A DNA stretch of 64,000 bases from the human T2T-CHM13v2.0 reference genome, Homo sapiens: assembly GCF_009914755.1 (NCBI RefSeq), contig NC_060941.1; one strand, written 5' to 3'. Under the pieces are notes generated by a model. That model ran no database searches and had not been told where the DNA came from. It saw only the letters and a program-made list of their open reading frames with translations. Position numbers and translations under genes: made by a program. Shown in pieces: positions 1 to 14,780 of this stretch; position 1 is the first letter of the stretch; every line of letters begins with the position of its first letter.

Positions 1-579
1 AATGGTGTTCTCAGAATCTTTGGGCCCTTGACAACGGAGGGCTGTATTCTTGGGGGTGTGATGTGAGAGCTCCTTGTCTGCAGGGTGTGAGGCTTTGGGT
101 CCTGAGTGTGGACCGTGGCATGTGATGTCTTGTCACGGCTCCCTGCACGGCTGTTTAGTTTCTGAAAGCTGGAAGTATAATATTTTTGTTCTTTGCCAAA
201 ACATACTGGTGTATATAAACAGAAGTGCCCAGGTGAGCGACTCAGCACTGCGCCTGTGTTTATGGTTCTGCGTCTGACCGTGTGCCTTTTAGGCTGGTGT
301 AGTGGTTGTCTGAGGTGGGTGCCTGACAGGGCTGGGGGACCTGCTGGTGTCCTTGCTGCTGCTTTAGGGACAGCTTGAAGCAGTGTCCTCAGATACCCCT
401 TGGAATTGTGACAAACTCTGTATCCCTCTTACAAGTTTTATAGAACTCTAACCAGTTGCAAATAACTATTTGCCATCCTGAGTATTGTCATTTTAAAATA
501 AAACTATTGCGTCACTCATCTGAATAAATCTGGGAAATTGAGGTAGAATAATCTACCATTCTTCGTTAAAAAATTTACA

Positions 580-734
580 GGGCTGGGCGCCATGTCTCAC
601 ATCTGTACTCCCAGCACTTTGGGAGGCTGAGGTGGGAGGATCACTTGAGCCCCGGGAGGTTGAGGCTGCAGTGAGCTGTGATCGCGCCACTGCACTCCGG
701 CCTGGGCCAGTGAGCGAGACCCTGTCTAAAAAAC
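580..734 (+). mobile_element. Monomeric Alu (FRAM/AluJ-like)
   Basis: ggctgggcgc...cccagcactttgggaggctgagg...gcagtgagc...gagaccctgtct plus A tail, single arm. Confidence 0.8.
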
Positions 735-1177
735 AATTTCATAGGCAAGTTTTTCTCTCACAGAAATTTTATTCTTCCTTTTTCTTCTTAAGCCCATATT
801 TCCATTTACTTTTTTCCCAGAGCATTTTACCCTAATGTAATGTATTTCTGTGCCTAAGAATCTTTATTGATCTATCATTTATCTGCAACGAAAGAAAATA
901 ACATAAACATAAACTTCAACTTTTGCATTTTGTATGGCCATAAGATGCTAGTTATTTATTTATTTTTTCCACAGGTGTTCATGACCTTTTTTTTTTATTA
1001 TTTTTTTAACTATACTTTTAAGTTTTAAGGTGCTAGTTACTTAGAAGTTTTTTTAGATTGGGTTTTAAAAAATTATGAGTACAGAGTTGACCAAAACAAC
1101 ATAAAATAGCATATTATTGAAATTTAGCTCTTAATAAGATAGCTGTTTAGTTTGAGTTATCTTTTGATGAGTCAGGC

Positions 1178-1480
1178 TTTTTTTGTTTTTATTTTTTGAA
1201 ATGATTCTTGCTCTGTCACCCAGGCTGGAGTGAAGTGGTATGATCTTGGCTCACTGCAGCCTTGACCTCCTGGGCTCAAGCAATCCTCCTGCCTCAGCCT
1301 CTCAAGTTGGTGGGACTACAGGCAAACATCCCATTGCTCAGCTAATTTTTGTATTTTTTGTAGGGATGGGGTCTCCCTGTGTTGCCCAGACTGGTCTTGA
1401 ACTCCTTGGCTCAAGCAGTCCTCTCACCTCAGCCTCCCAAAGTGCTGGGATTATGGGTGTGTGCCACCATGCCTGGCCGT
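1178..1480 (-). mobile_element. Alu (AluJ-like)
   Basis: Antisense Alu consensus motifs with poly-T. Confidence 0.85.
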
Positions 1481-1482
1481 GA

Positions 1483-1860
<378 letters not shown>

Positions 1861-2324
1861 TAAGAAGTCTTATTCATTCAAGTCTTATTCAAGTAGCTAG
1901 GAATGGCAGAAATTTTGCTTTAGCAATGCTGGTGTTTCAACTTTTTCCAAGCTCACGCCTGACCTCTGTGCTCTGTCACTGAGCAGCTTCAGTAGGGTGG
2001 CCTCAGTCCTGTGAAGTGATGCGTTGACAGCCACCTGCATGGGGAAGCATTTCCCAGTCTCTGGAGCAGTTCCCATCGTAGTGTCCACTGCATGGTTTCC
2101 AGTGTGTTGGGTGAGAGGCTGCCTTTCTTGAAAAGTGAGAGAAAGGGCTGTTGTGAGAGGGGACATGGGGATGGAGAAACCCTTTCTCAAGCAGAGCCTT
2201 AGGGGCTGAGGCTCCGGAAGTCTACGCTCCTAAAGCACTCTGAAGCCTGAGGACCCCATGGATGGCCATTGAGTAGCCCCAGGGGTGCTTCGCACATGCC
2301 GGTACTTGACCACTGCTTTAAACC

Positions 2325-4132
2325 CATGTGCACACATGCACGCTCACACACATGCACGATGCAGAAGTGCATACACACGTGTACATGTGCACACTGACAC
2401 ATGCACGTTGACACGTGTACACCCAATCGAATGTGCACAACTACCCCCACAGATAGCACACACCCACACAATCGAATGTGCATACACCCACAGATACACA
2501 CACGTGCACACCCGTACAATCGAATGCACACATCCGCAGATATGTACACGTGGACACCCACACGATTGAATGTGCCCCCCCACAGATATGCACCTTTGCA
2601 CACCCACACAATTGAATGCACACACACCCCCCCACAGGCACACGTGCACACCCACACAATCTAATGCACACACACCCCCATAGATATGAGCACGTGGACA
2701 CCCACACGATTGAATGTGCATACACTCACAGATACGCACACATGCACACCCAATCGAACGCACACACACCTGCAGATATGTACATGTGGACACGCACGAT
2801 TCAATATGCATACACCCACAGATACGCACATGTGCACATCAACACAATCGAATGCACACCCCCCCGCAGATATGCACACGTGCACACCCACACAATTGAA
2901 TGTGCATACACCCACAGACACACATGCACACCCGTACAATCGAATGCACACACCCGCAGATATGCACACGTGGACACCCACACGATTGAATGCGCCCCCC
3001 ACAGATATGCACATGTGCACACCCACACAATTGAATGCACACACACCCCCCCACAGGCACACGTGCACACCCACACAATCTAATGCACACACACACCCAT
3101 AGATATGCGCACGTGGACACCCACACGATTGAATGTGCACTCACAGATACATGCACACCCAATCGAATGCACACACACCCGCAGATATGTACACGTGGAC
3201 ACGCACACGATTGAATATGCATACACCCACAGATACACACACGTGCACATCCACACAATCGAATGCACCCCCCCCGCAGATATGCACACGTGCACACCGG
3301 CACAATGGAATGTGCCCCCCCCGATTGCACACGTGCACACCCACACAATTGAATGCACACACACCCGCAGGTACGCACACATGCACACCCACACAATCGA
3401 ATGCGCACACACCTGCAGATATGTACACATGCACACCCACAGAATCGAGTGTGCACACACCCATACATAATGCGCATGCACTCACATGATTGAATGTGCA
3501 CACACCCAGAGATGCACACACACACATCTAATCAGATGTGCACCCCCACACAGATATGCACATGTGCACACCCACAGGATCGAATGTGCACGCCTAATCA
3601 GATGTGTACACCCCTCCCACATATGTACACATGCACACTAACACAAATGTGTACACACCCGCAGGTATGTACACATGCACACCTACACAGTCGAGTGTGC
3701 ATGCCCCCCACGGATATGCACACGTGCATACCCACACAATCCCATATACCCACCCCCACAATCACGTGTACACACCCCCGCAGATATGCACACACGCACA
3801 CCCACAGGATCGAATGCGCACACACCCACAGATAGCACACACGCACACCCACACAATTGAATGCGCACCCCCCACAGATATGCACACGTGCACACCCACA
3901 CAATAGAATGTGCACACACCCGCAGAGATGCACAAGCGCATACCCACACCCGCAGACGTGCACATGCACACATCCACACGATCAAATGTGCACGTGCATC
4001 TGCAGACATGCACAAGCAGACACCTACACGCACTCGCAGACATGCACACCCACATGGGCGAATGTGCACACCCCCCCCACACAGATAGCACACGTGTACA
4101 CCCACACAATTGAATGTGCATACACGCACCCG
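2325..4132. repeat. Degenerate CA-rich minisatellite (about 40-48 bp unit) with a 420-bp higher-order duplication
   Basis: Recurrent cagatatgcacacgtgcacacccacacaatcgaatg; cccgtacaatcgaatg at 2511 and again at 2931. Confidence 0.9.
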
Positions 4133-4199
4133 TTCACAGGTTAATCGCTGCCACAGCTATCAGCTCTTTTTCATTGACTGTTACGGCAAAATATTCTAA

Positions 4200-4900
4200 A
4201 GGATAACATAGATTTATGTTTATTTGCATTTTATGTTTCCTTATGGTTCATATGAGTTTATTGGAAAATTAGCAACATACACATCATTTTGGGGAATGGA
4301 AAGTGAGGCAGAGTAAGCCAGAACATTCACTGTAACATTATAAGCAAGTAGAATAAATTGATAATACCTTCACCAGTAATGCACTTTCCCTAGTGGAAAT
4401 AAATTATTTGTATAAATAGCCTCTTGATGTTTGTGTGTTATTTAGTTATACAAATCACATTTTTCTTTTTTACATATGGCACTTTAATGTTAGTACTGAA
4501 AATGTTTTTTCTGACATTTTTTCAGTAATTGTCATTTACATCAAATATGCAGCTAGAGCTAATAGAAAAACAGTTAAAACAATTTGTTGTAATGGTGAGA
4601 TATTTATAAGGAAACATTTATAAAAGATCTTCTGTAAGACAGCTTAGACTTGAAAATACATATCAGTCTTAGAGTCATTCAGGTGTTTTTACAACCAAAA
4701 GTAGAAGCACCTTTTAATATTCATGCTTAATATTTATAAAAACTGAATTGGAGGGTTTTTTGTTTGTTTGTTTGTTTTTTTGAGAAGCAGCAGCTGCATT
4801 TGTAAAAATGTGAAAGTGCCAGTTCAGAGGTGTTGTAGCTTGCCACCTTGGAAGGCGTGTGTGTGGCCGTAGCTCTGTGAACACACGTGTGAACCCGGCG
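4200..4900 (-). other. ZNF750: ZNF750 3'UTR (3' end approximate)
   Basis: AT-rich unique sequence after the stop codon, ending in two minus-strand AATAAA hexamers. Confidence 0.7.
4219..4262 (-). terminator. Candidate ZNF750 polyadenylation signals (AATAAA x2)
   Basis: + strand TTTATT at 4219-4224 and 4257-4262. Confidence 0.6.
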
Positions 4901-5636
4901 TTAGGACACCCGGGCCCTCCTTCGTAGTGTGAACACTCTGGCCGTGTCCTGCAGCTTCGCCTTCTTAGCTCCTTGCTGGGATTTTCCAGCATCCCTTAGA
5001 CTTGTCCTCTTTTGTCCTTTGGGTCTGAGGTCACACTGGGCCTCTTGGCTCTCCATGGAGCTCAGTGTGGGTGTGTCTTGCCGGCAGGCAGGTTCCGGGG
5101 CCGCAGCATCCCCATCGCCCACCCGGATGTTCCTGGGGCTGTAGGCCGCCAGCTGGCACAGGGCCACGGCTGCCGTCTGCTTCTGCTCCTCGCTGCTGTC
5201 CACCGCGCATGCGTCTGGAGCCTCCTCGCCGGGGCCTGTGGGTGGGGCCCCGTCACCGTCGAGGCTGCCTGGCTTGGTCTCAGGGTGGCTGGGCCCATCC
5301 TCAGAACCTTCTGTCCCAGTCTTCTGTGGAACAGCAGCAGCAGGTTCTGCAGCTCGTGGTCGACCGGGGAAGGCAGGCCTCGGAGCCTGGGTGTTACAGG
5401 GGTCCTTCACCGAGAGATTGAGTGGAAGGTCCTGCAGCTCTGAGAAGCTGGCGGTTTCCGCCTGGGGGCTGCCTTGGTACGTGGGTTCGTGGGTGGCTGC
5501 CAGGTTTATCTCTGATTTCTTGGAGAGGTTGAGGGGGCCCATCCCGGAGCTGTCGTCCGGACTGGAAGGCGCGGCCTCCGAGACGAGAGAGGCGCTTCCG
5601 GTCGGAGCAGGAGGGTCTCCGTTCACAACATTGAGG
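4901..5636 (-). CDS. ZNF750: ZNF750 coding exon 3 (C-terminal part with two PLNLS motifs and a basic NLS-like tail)
   Basis: Acceptor ttcttctag|C at 5637/5636. Splicing to exon 2 gives ...ESPVS-LNVVNGDPP... in frame. 1436+736=2172 nt = 723 aa + TAA. PLNLS at 5522-5536 and 5411-5425; C-terminus ...KKAKLQDTARVFTLRRRARVS. Confidence 0.96.
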
Positions 5637-5776
5637 CTAGAAGAAGCCAAGAAAAAGCTTAGTAGGAGCTTGCTTAGAAAAGCAACTGCGTGAAGCAGTG
5701 TGAGCAAGTATAAGCCTGGCTCATGGAACCCAACCAGAAACATTCCCTTGGAGGTTTTGAAAATGACATTTTCTTA

Positions 5777-7395
<1,619 letters not shown>

Positions 7396-7867
7396 CTGTA
7401 ATAAAGAGCAGTCTTGGTGTCAGGACAGCGAGTGAGGGGTCGGCGAGAAGCCGGCCTCGGCTCGCCACAGTGCCACAGGATCCCTGAAGCAGAACCCCTG
7501 AAGGGCTGAAACTGCCTGCTCCTGAGGGGAGCAGCTGCCGGTCACAGAAGCAGCCCTGCCCTACCCTTGGTAACCTGGCTGCTGACTCCCCACCGTGTTT
7601 TCTGTTTTCTGAGTCTGATCTGAAAGAGTCACCTCGGGGCCTAGAGGTGGAGTGTGGTGTGTGGTGCGTTGAGTGTCTGTTCTGAGAATGCCTGTAAGCC
7701 TTTGAGTTTTGGGAACTTTCATCCTGTGACCTGGACCTTTCCTCGAAAGCGCCCTGCCGGGGGCTGAGGACACCGAGCCCCCTCCCAGGGTCTGGACAGA
7801 GTCCTGTCCCAGGGCTGCCCGACTCTGCTTGGGGGTTACACGCTTGAAGCAGTGGGTGTGTGATCGG

Positions 7868-8094
7868 CCACACTCTCACGTGAAATACGAAGGGGTTTGT
7901 GGCTGTTTCCCCTTAACATGTACCCACAGTCACAGAGTGCCCCTCACTTTTACACAGAGCGTGGGCTGGCCACCGTCTACTTGCTCCTACCTGCTGGCTG
8001 GGAGCTCTCCCAAGTGCTGTGCGCCCCTGCCGTCGGCCTGTAGAACCCAAGACCATGGATGCTGCTGCCTCCCCTGGGGCCGATCCCTAAGCAC
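7868..8094 (+). pseudogene. Diverged, frameshifted inverted copy of part of ZNF750 exon 2 (source about 6332-6559)
   Basis: Exact shared blocks of 19, 20 and 19 nt with the ZNF750 sense strand; translation [14 protein letters not shown] versus ZNF750 [14 protein letters not shown]. Confidence 0.85.
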
Positions 8095-8695
8095 TCGTGG
8101 CAGTTTCTGCCCACTTTAGCCACGTCGTTGGTGTATTCTAGTGTGCTTGTTTAAAAATGAAGAACATTCGAACACAAGACTCTACCCTACTGCTTCTAAA
8201 GTCAGCTTTATCATTAAGTAGCATTTATGTTGTCTCAGATATGAATACAAATGCTATATTTATGTTGACTTAAATGGTTGAAATACTGTTGGTGAATTTG
8301 TACATCCTGTGAGTGACAGCAGCATTGTGAGACATGCTTTCACGGTCACCCGGTTCCTGCTGGCCAGGAGGCATGGCCAGCAGCGCCTGCCCGTCCAGAT
8401 GCACCACCAAATGGAAGAACCAAAGCTTTGCCACACTCCTGCCCGAGAGGAGACCAGAGTGAGTAGTATCCGCTTTAGAGATGGTTGGGTCATGGGAGGA
8501 AGCTGTCCTGGCCCTTAACCTTTAGGGAGTGGGTTCAGCCCTCTGGCCACACCCACTCAGGTCCTGGGACCCACCAGAGGCTGTGTGTGTGATGTCAGAG
8601 CTGGCCTGCTCTTTTGGATTCTTCCAGAGGGTCTCTGTGTCCCCCTTACCAGCCTCAGGTTTCCTTCAGAGGCTGTGCCGCACGCCCAAGGCTGA

Positions 8696-9095
<400 letters not shown>

Positions 9096-9222
9096 TGAGT
9101 GGGAGATGGGGTGGAGGTGCAATGGATCAAGGCTAAGCACTTTAATTCGTATTAAAAATGTAAAAAAGAAAAGGTCTTTAGGGTCTAAATATTTTCAAAC
9201 AGCTTAAAAATAAAGTTAAATG

Positions 9223-9655
9223 ACCCAAATGCCTATCAGTGATAGACTGAATAAAGAAAATGCGGCACATATACACCATGGAATACTGTGCAGCCATAAA
9301 AAGGAACGTGATCATGTCCTTCGCAGGGAGAAATGGATGGAGCTGGAAGCCAGCATCCTCAGCAAACTAACGCAGGAAGAGAAAACCAAACGTGCATGGT
9401 CTCACCCATAAGTGGGAGCTGAACAGTGAAAACACATGGACACAGGGAGGGGAACATCACACACCAGGGCCTATTTAGGGGTGGGGGTCGGGGGGAGGGA
9501 GAGCATTAAGACAAATAGCTAATGCATGCAGGGCTTAAAACCTAGATGATCGGTTGATGGGTACAGTAAACCACCATGGCACACATTTACCTGTGTAACC
9601 TACACGTTCTGCACTTGTGTCCTGGAACTTAAAGTATAATAAAAAAAAAATACAT
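9223..9655 (+). mobile_element. 5'-truncated L1PA element (end of ORF2 plus 3'UTR) with TSD
   Basis: atacaccatggaatact...ggaacttaaagtataat plus polyA; TSD taaagttaaatg at 9211-9222 and 9661-9672. Confidence 0.9.
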
Positions 9656-9676
9656 TAAAGTAAAGTTAAATGGAGG

Positions 9677-9835
9677 GCTGGGGGCCGTGGCTCATGCCTG
9701 TAATCCCAGCACTTTGGGAGGCCGAGGTGGGAGGATCCCTTGAGCCCAGGAGATTGAGGCTGCAGGGAGCTGTCATCCCACCACCGCACTGCAGCCTGGT
9801 GGGCAACAGAATGAGACCCTGCCTCAAAAAAAAGC
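9677..9835 (+). mobile_element. Monomeric Alu (FRAM-like)
   Basis: Single Alu arm with A tail. Confidence 0.8.
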
Positions 9836-10004
9836 TAAATGGAAATGACTTAAGAAAACTGTTTCAACTGCAGTATTTTTTTTAAGGAATGGGCAGATGT
9901 GCCCATTCTTGAGTCTGCGAGGTTTTATGTGTAGACATCAGGGTGGCTAAAAGTCAAGTGAAAAGCCGCCCCTTGAAAATAGAGCAACGTGTGTGGGAGC
10001 CTAG

Positions 10005-10490
<486 letters not shown>

Positions 10491-11219
10491 TAATTCTTAA
10501 AAACACAACCACCCTTCCCCCTACAAACTGCCTCTATTAACATACTTTAAGTTCTTTAAGACATTTATTTACTAAGAAGTGGTTTGGGTAGAAAAGGGGC
10601 TCTGCTGACCTGCCACCTTCGCTGTGATGAGTTTCTGTGTAGCAGGGACAGCGAGGCACGGTTTGGATGAGGACAAGATGTTTGTTACCCTACAACCAGG
10701 GAGGGTGTCGGGTGACACCCTGGGCTCAGACCCCGCGCTCAGCACCCGTCTCCCACCGTGGGCTGCCACAGAAGCTACAAGGCACCGGGTCAAGGCCAAG
10801 CAAATGAAACACGTAATGATAGCTCTGTCTTTCTAATTTCCCCCTATTAGAAGAAAGAACGTGAAATAATTCTTTATGGGCTCAGTCCCTACCGTGTGGG
10901 GCAGACCTGCTCTGGGTGATGAAAGCAGTTTCCCTGCCTCCCTTCAGGAAGTAGAGAAGCCGGGTGCCTGGTTCCAGCCAAACGCTGGGCCAGCCAGCTC
11001 AGTCAGTGGGGCCTGTGCCGGCATGCCTCGCCGCGCTCCCTGGTTCTGAAGGCGTGAGAACCTCTGCAAGTCAGGTTCCCATGATTGTATAGGATGTGTT
11101 ACGGCAGGGATCTGAAAGCTGATGATTTCATCACTAGCTGGAAGCATCAGGATCGAAACGATGACAGTTGCAAAATGTTCATCAAGTGAGAGCTGCGTCC
11201 TCGCGAGACCGAAACGCCG

Positions 11220-11435
11220 CCTCTAGCACCTGAAACACAAGCCCTCAGAGGAGCAGATGATTCCCTCAGGATTTAAGAAAATTGAGGACTTCAGTTTTCG
11301 AAGCCGCATTATTTCACATTGCTGATACCTCTAGCGCCTGAAACACAAGCGCTCAGAGGAGCAAATGATTCCCTCAGGATTTAAGAAAATGAGGACTTCA
11401 GTTTTCGAAGCAGCATTATTTCACATTGCTGATAC
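11220..11435. repeat. Tandem duplication, 2 x about 108 bp
   Basis: cctctagc.cctgaaacacaagc...tcacattgctgata starting at 11220 and 11328. Confidence 0.9.
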
Positions 11436-13964
11436 TTTTAGGCAAAAAAAAAAACAAAACAAAACAAAACCAAAAAACAAAAAAACAAAAAAACCCACAA
11501 AACCCGTGTTGGTTAGATTTTCTCAAAAGCTTTACAACAGGCAGGTTACGTGTAAGCTCTGCTGTTGCCCAAAATAGTAATTAGGGAAATAATTGCTTTT
11601 AAATGAATATGTCTGTTTTCTAGTCAGATTTGCCCTTTTGTTCTTTGATCAGTTAGTTCACGTAAGCGGGTGTGGCAGGGAGGAAGCCCCTGGTGGTGAG
11701 AGTGTTTGGAGCTCAATTGCTCGAAGGGAATTGGTGTCGATATGGAGTCTCGGGCAGTGGTTTTAGTAACCTTGGATAAACCGACCTCTCAGGCTTGCAC
11801 AATTTGCTAATTAAAACAGGGAGCACAGCTGCTTCAGTTGTAAGCCGGGCGTAGGTCACCTGATCTGTAAAACTACAATAGTGTCAGAGAAGTAAGTGGG
11901 ATAACATTGTTGCTTTGGTAAGCTTTCAAATGATGATGATGTCAGCCTGTGAGTTCTGTGTCCTGCTTAAGTGAGGTTTATAAGGATGAAGAAACCAAAC
12001 CCGACGGCCAGTACCTCAGGCTGTCACAGCTGTCTGTGGGCACAGCGTTTGAAATAGTCTCTGTGTGGTCAGTTTCTACCAGCCCGACTTTGTACTCTGG
12101 CAGCTGCTGGTGTTAAATATTCCCAAAAGAGTATGTTGTTGCCCAAACAGTGTAACCCAGAAATCTAGCTGTTTACAGTAATTTGGATTTGTATTTAGAG
12201 GTGCAGTTTTTCTCTAGAGGGGATAAAGAAGTGCGGAGCGTCTTTCTCTCCTGGGGGAGGTGTGTTTCCATTTTAGTTAATAACATGCCCGGAGAGCTGT
12301 CTGTCTGTCTGTTAATAAAGCAGAGTCTCATTCATTATCTGCTTTCATTTGAGAACTGCAGTGCTAGCGTGTTTTACAGTGAAGACCTCGGTGTGATCCT
12401 GAAGGAGGGTTTCATCCTCCTCTCATTTCCCACTGGATCGGCAGGAAGCGTTAGCAGGGTGGACATGCCACAGAGCTTCCAGATCTGGATCAAAGGTGGC
12501 TGTTGCTGAAATACTTATGCAGAGTCTTCCCTGACTGCTGCTGGCTAATGTGTGCCCTCTTTTCCAACACACCTCCTCCGAGCCTGGCCTGGCACAAAGC
12601 CTTCTTTCTCCAAGTTATTTCAGATCAAGCAGCCAATGTAGACAGTGTCTACACTAAAGGGCGTAAGAACAGTGGGGTGCAGTGGCTTCAAACATGCTCA
12701 GGATCCAGCTGAGCTTTCACCAGGCTTTTCTTGCCATATTTACAGATGCCACTCTGTGCCTTTCTAAATATTTTAAATGTTGTGTGCTCAGCCGATGCAC
12801 TTGGCTTCTGGAAAGTGCGCTGAGCTGAGAGCTCGCTTCTCTTCCTGCTCAACGTGCACTGGGCCGGGTGTTGGGGCGTAGCTGCCCACACAGACAGTGC
12901 TTTGAAGAGTGAGTGGTTTCGGTTGGCCATGGGGTTGTGTCTAAATTGCCAATATACTGTCTTTCCAAAGGTTCCTAAGTGTGGACAGTTAATGCAGCAG
13001 ACAGTTGTTAGGGTAATAGTGAGAAGTTGGGATGCTTAACAAGCTTCTAAGGAGTTTGAACTTTGAAAAATAGACAAGAGAAAGAGTTCTTAAAAAAAAA
13101 AACTTTGATAGGACAGAGCGGAAGTAATTACAGTTTAACTTTATGGGACGTTTCTGTGACAGGCTGGGTAACTATGCTTGTCATGCGTCCTAACCTGTGC
13201 CCTGAGATTGTGCTGTAATGTTCCTTTTGGTGGTGTCCAGCTGTCTGGCAAGGAGCCTGCTCGGCTGGAGCATTGTGAAGGGCATGCTGTAATTACAATA
13301 TTGTGATGTGGCGTTGTTGCATAACTCAAGGACACACCATTGTCGCCTACCCACTGTGATGTCGCAAGAACGAGATTTGTGAGTTTTACTCCAATTGAGC
13401 TTTTCCAGTGATTGACTGCCACTCCCTCCCAGCCTTTCGGTTCTTTAAAATGAAAGATAAACCTCAGGACAACCAAGACCTGGGGAAAAGACAGTCTTTG
13501 GGAATGTAATTTGGAAGAATGGATCCAGAAAAACAACCAGGGGCTCTTAACTCTAGTTTCGGCAGGAGATCCCGAGTTACAGACCTGAGCTCGTAAACAA
13601 ACGCTCACCACTTTACAGTCGCCGCCTCATCCTGAAACTCCGGTCAGAAATGCTGGAAGGCCTTTGCTAATGCGCAGTGAAAATTAGGGGCACAGATGTG
13701 GACGGACTGTGCTTGGTCAGTAATTGTTCTCCTCCAAATCAAGTTTATGAGAAATTTCATATAAGGAAAAAAACCCTTTTGTATCTGTGTCTATATGTAC
13801 AGAAGACCTTAACAACCAAACAGAAACTTAACCCCTTTGGTTTGGTTTTGTTTTCGAAAGCTTATGCCCAATTTTAAACTTCATGTAAGCTTATGTACTT
13901 ATTTTAAACTTTAAAACTATTAAAAGTTAAACTAGATAGTAAATTCGGCACTGTCTAATGTGCA

Positions 13965-14335
13965 TACACCACAAACATATAACCCTAAATTCAGCTGTGT
14001 CTAATGTGTATACACCACACATATATATAACCCTAAATTCAGCCTGATGTACTTATACCACACATATATAACCCTAAATTCAGCCTAATGTACATATACC
14101 ACACACACATATATATAACCCTAAATTCAGCCTAATGTACATACACCACACATATATATAACCCTAAATTCAGCCCTAATGTACATACACCACACATATA
14201 TAACCCTAAATTCAGCCTAATGTACATACACCACACATATATATAACCCTAAATTCAGCCCTAATGTACATACACCACACATATAACCCTAAATTCACCC
14301 TAATGTACATACACCACACATATATATATGACCCT
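13965..14335. repeat. AT-rich VNTR (about 40-48 bp unit, 8-9 copies) containing TAACCCTAA
   Basis: Unit tacatacaccacacatatataaccctaaattcagcc(c)taatg. Confidence 0.9.
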
Positions 14336-14682
14336 TACCTCTTGTTAGCATTTATTGTAGTTTGTTTTTGAGGTTAGGAGCAGTTAAGCAATAATATGAA
14401 TTTGTGTTGGTTTAACTTTTATGAATTTTAGGGCAGAACAAGGAGTTAATTTCCAGATAAGCTTGTTCATGTTCTTAGAATAAATTGTCAGCCTCATTAG
14501 AAGTTTTGTAATCGTGGTCTGCATCCCAGCCATGCACCTGCTGGGTCCTGAGTAATCCTCGGAGCCCAGAGCAAGGCAGAGCAGACACGGAGCAAACGCT
14601 GCGTTCAGCTGGGTATTTTAGATACGTCTGAGAAGAGTTTTAAAATAAAACTTGAATTTGAAAAGAAATAGTGAGTACTTAC

Positions 14683-14780
14683 CAGAGGTGGGCAGTGCTG
14701 GGATGTGGCCGGTCTTGGTGCCGGTGGCTGGCGGTGCTCAGGAAGCAGTACCTGTTCTCACGCTTGCTGGGTGAAACTGG
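14683..14780 (-). other. ZNF750: Probable ZNF750 non-coding exon 1 (5' end approximate)
   Basis: Strong minus-strand donor CTCTG|GTAAGTA at 14683/14682, TATA-like CTTAAAT about 25-30 nt upstream, unique GC-rich sequence; fits the known 3-exon gene structure. Confidence 0.65.

Noticed and set aside
2199-4144. Many His/Thr- or Cys/Val-rich ORFs
   Set aside because: CA/TG-rich repeat artefacts
5637-5743. N-terminal MFLVGFHEPG... hydrophobic extension of the 280-aa ORF, resembling a signal peptide
   Set aside because: Lies in ZNF750 intron 2; the hydrophobic residues reflect the polypyrimidine tract, and the real exon starts at 5636
7829-8119. 96-aa + strand ORF with ZNF750-like peptide
   Set aside because: Mosaic of different ZNF750 reading frames from the decayed inverted copy; reported as a duplication, not a gene
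13965-14335. CRISPR-like appearance of the regularly spaced repeats (also 31876-32186 and 34218-34673)
   Set aside because: Eukaryotic DNA, no unique spacers and no cas genes; ordinary VNTRs
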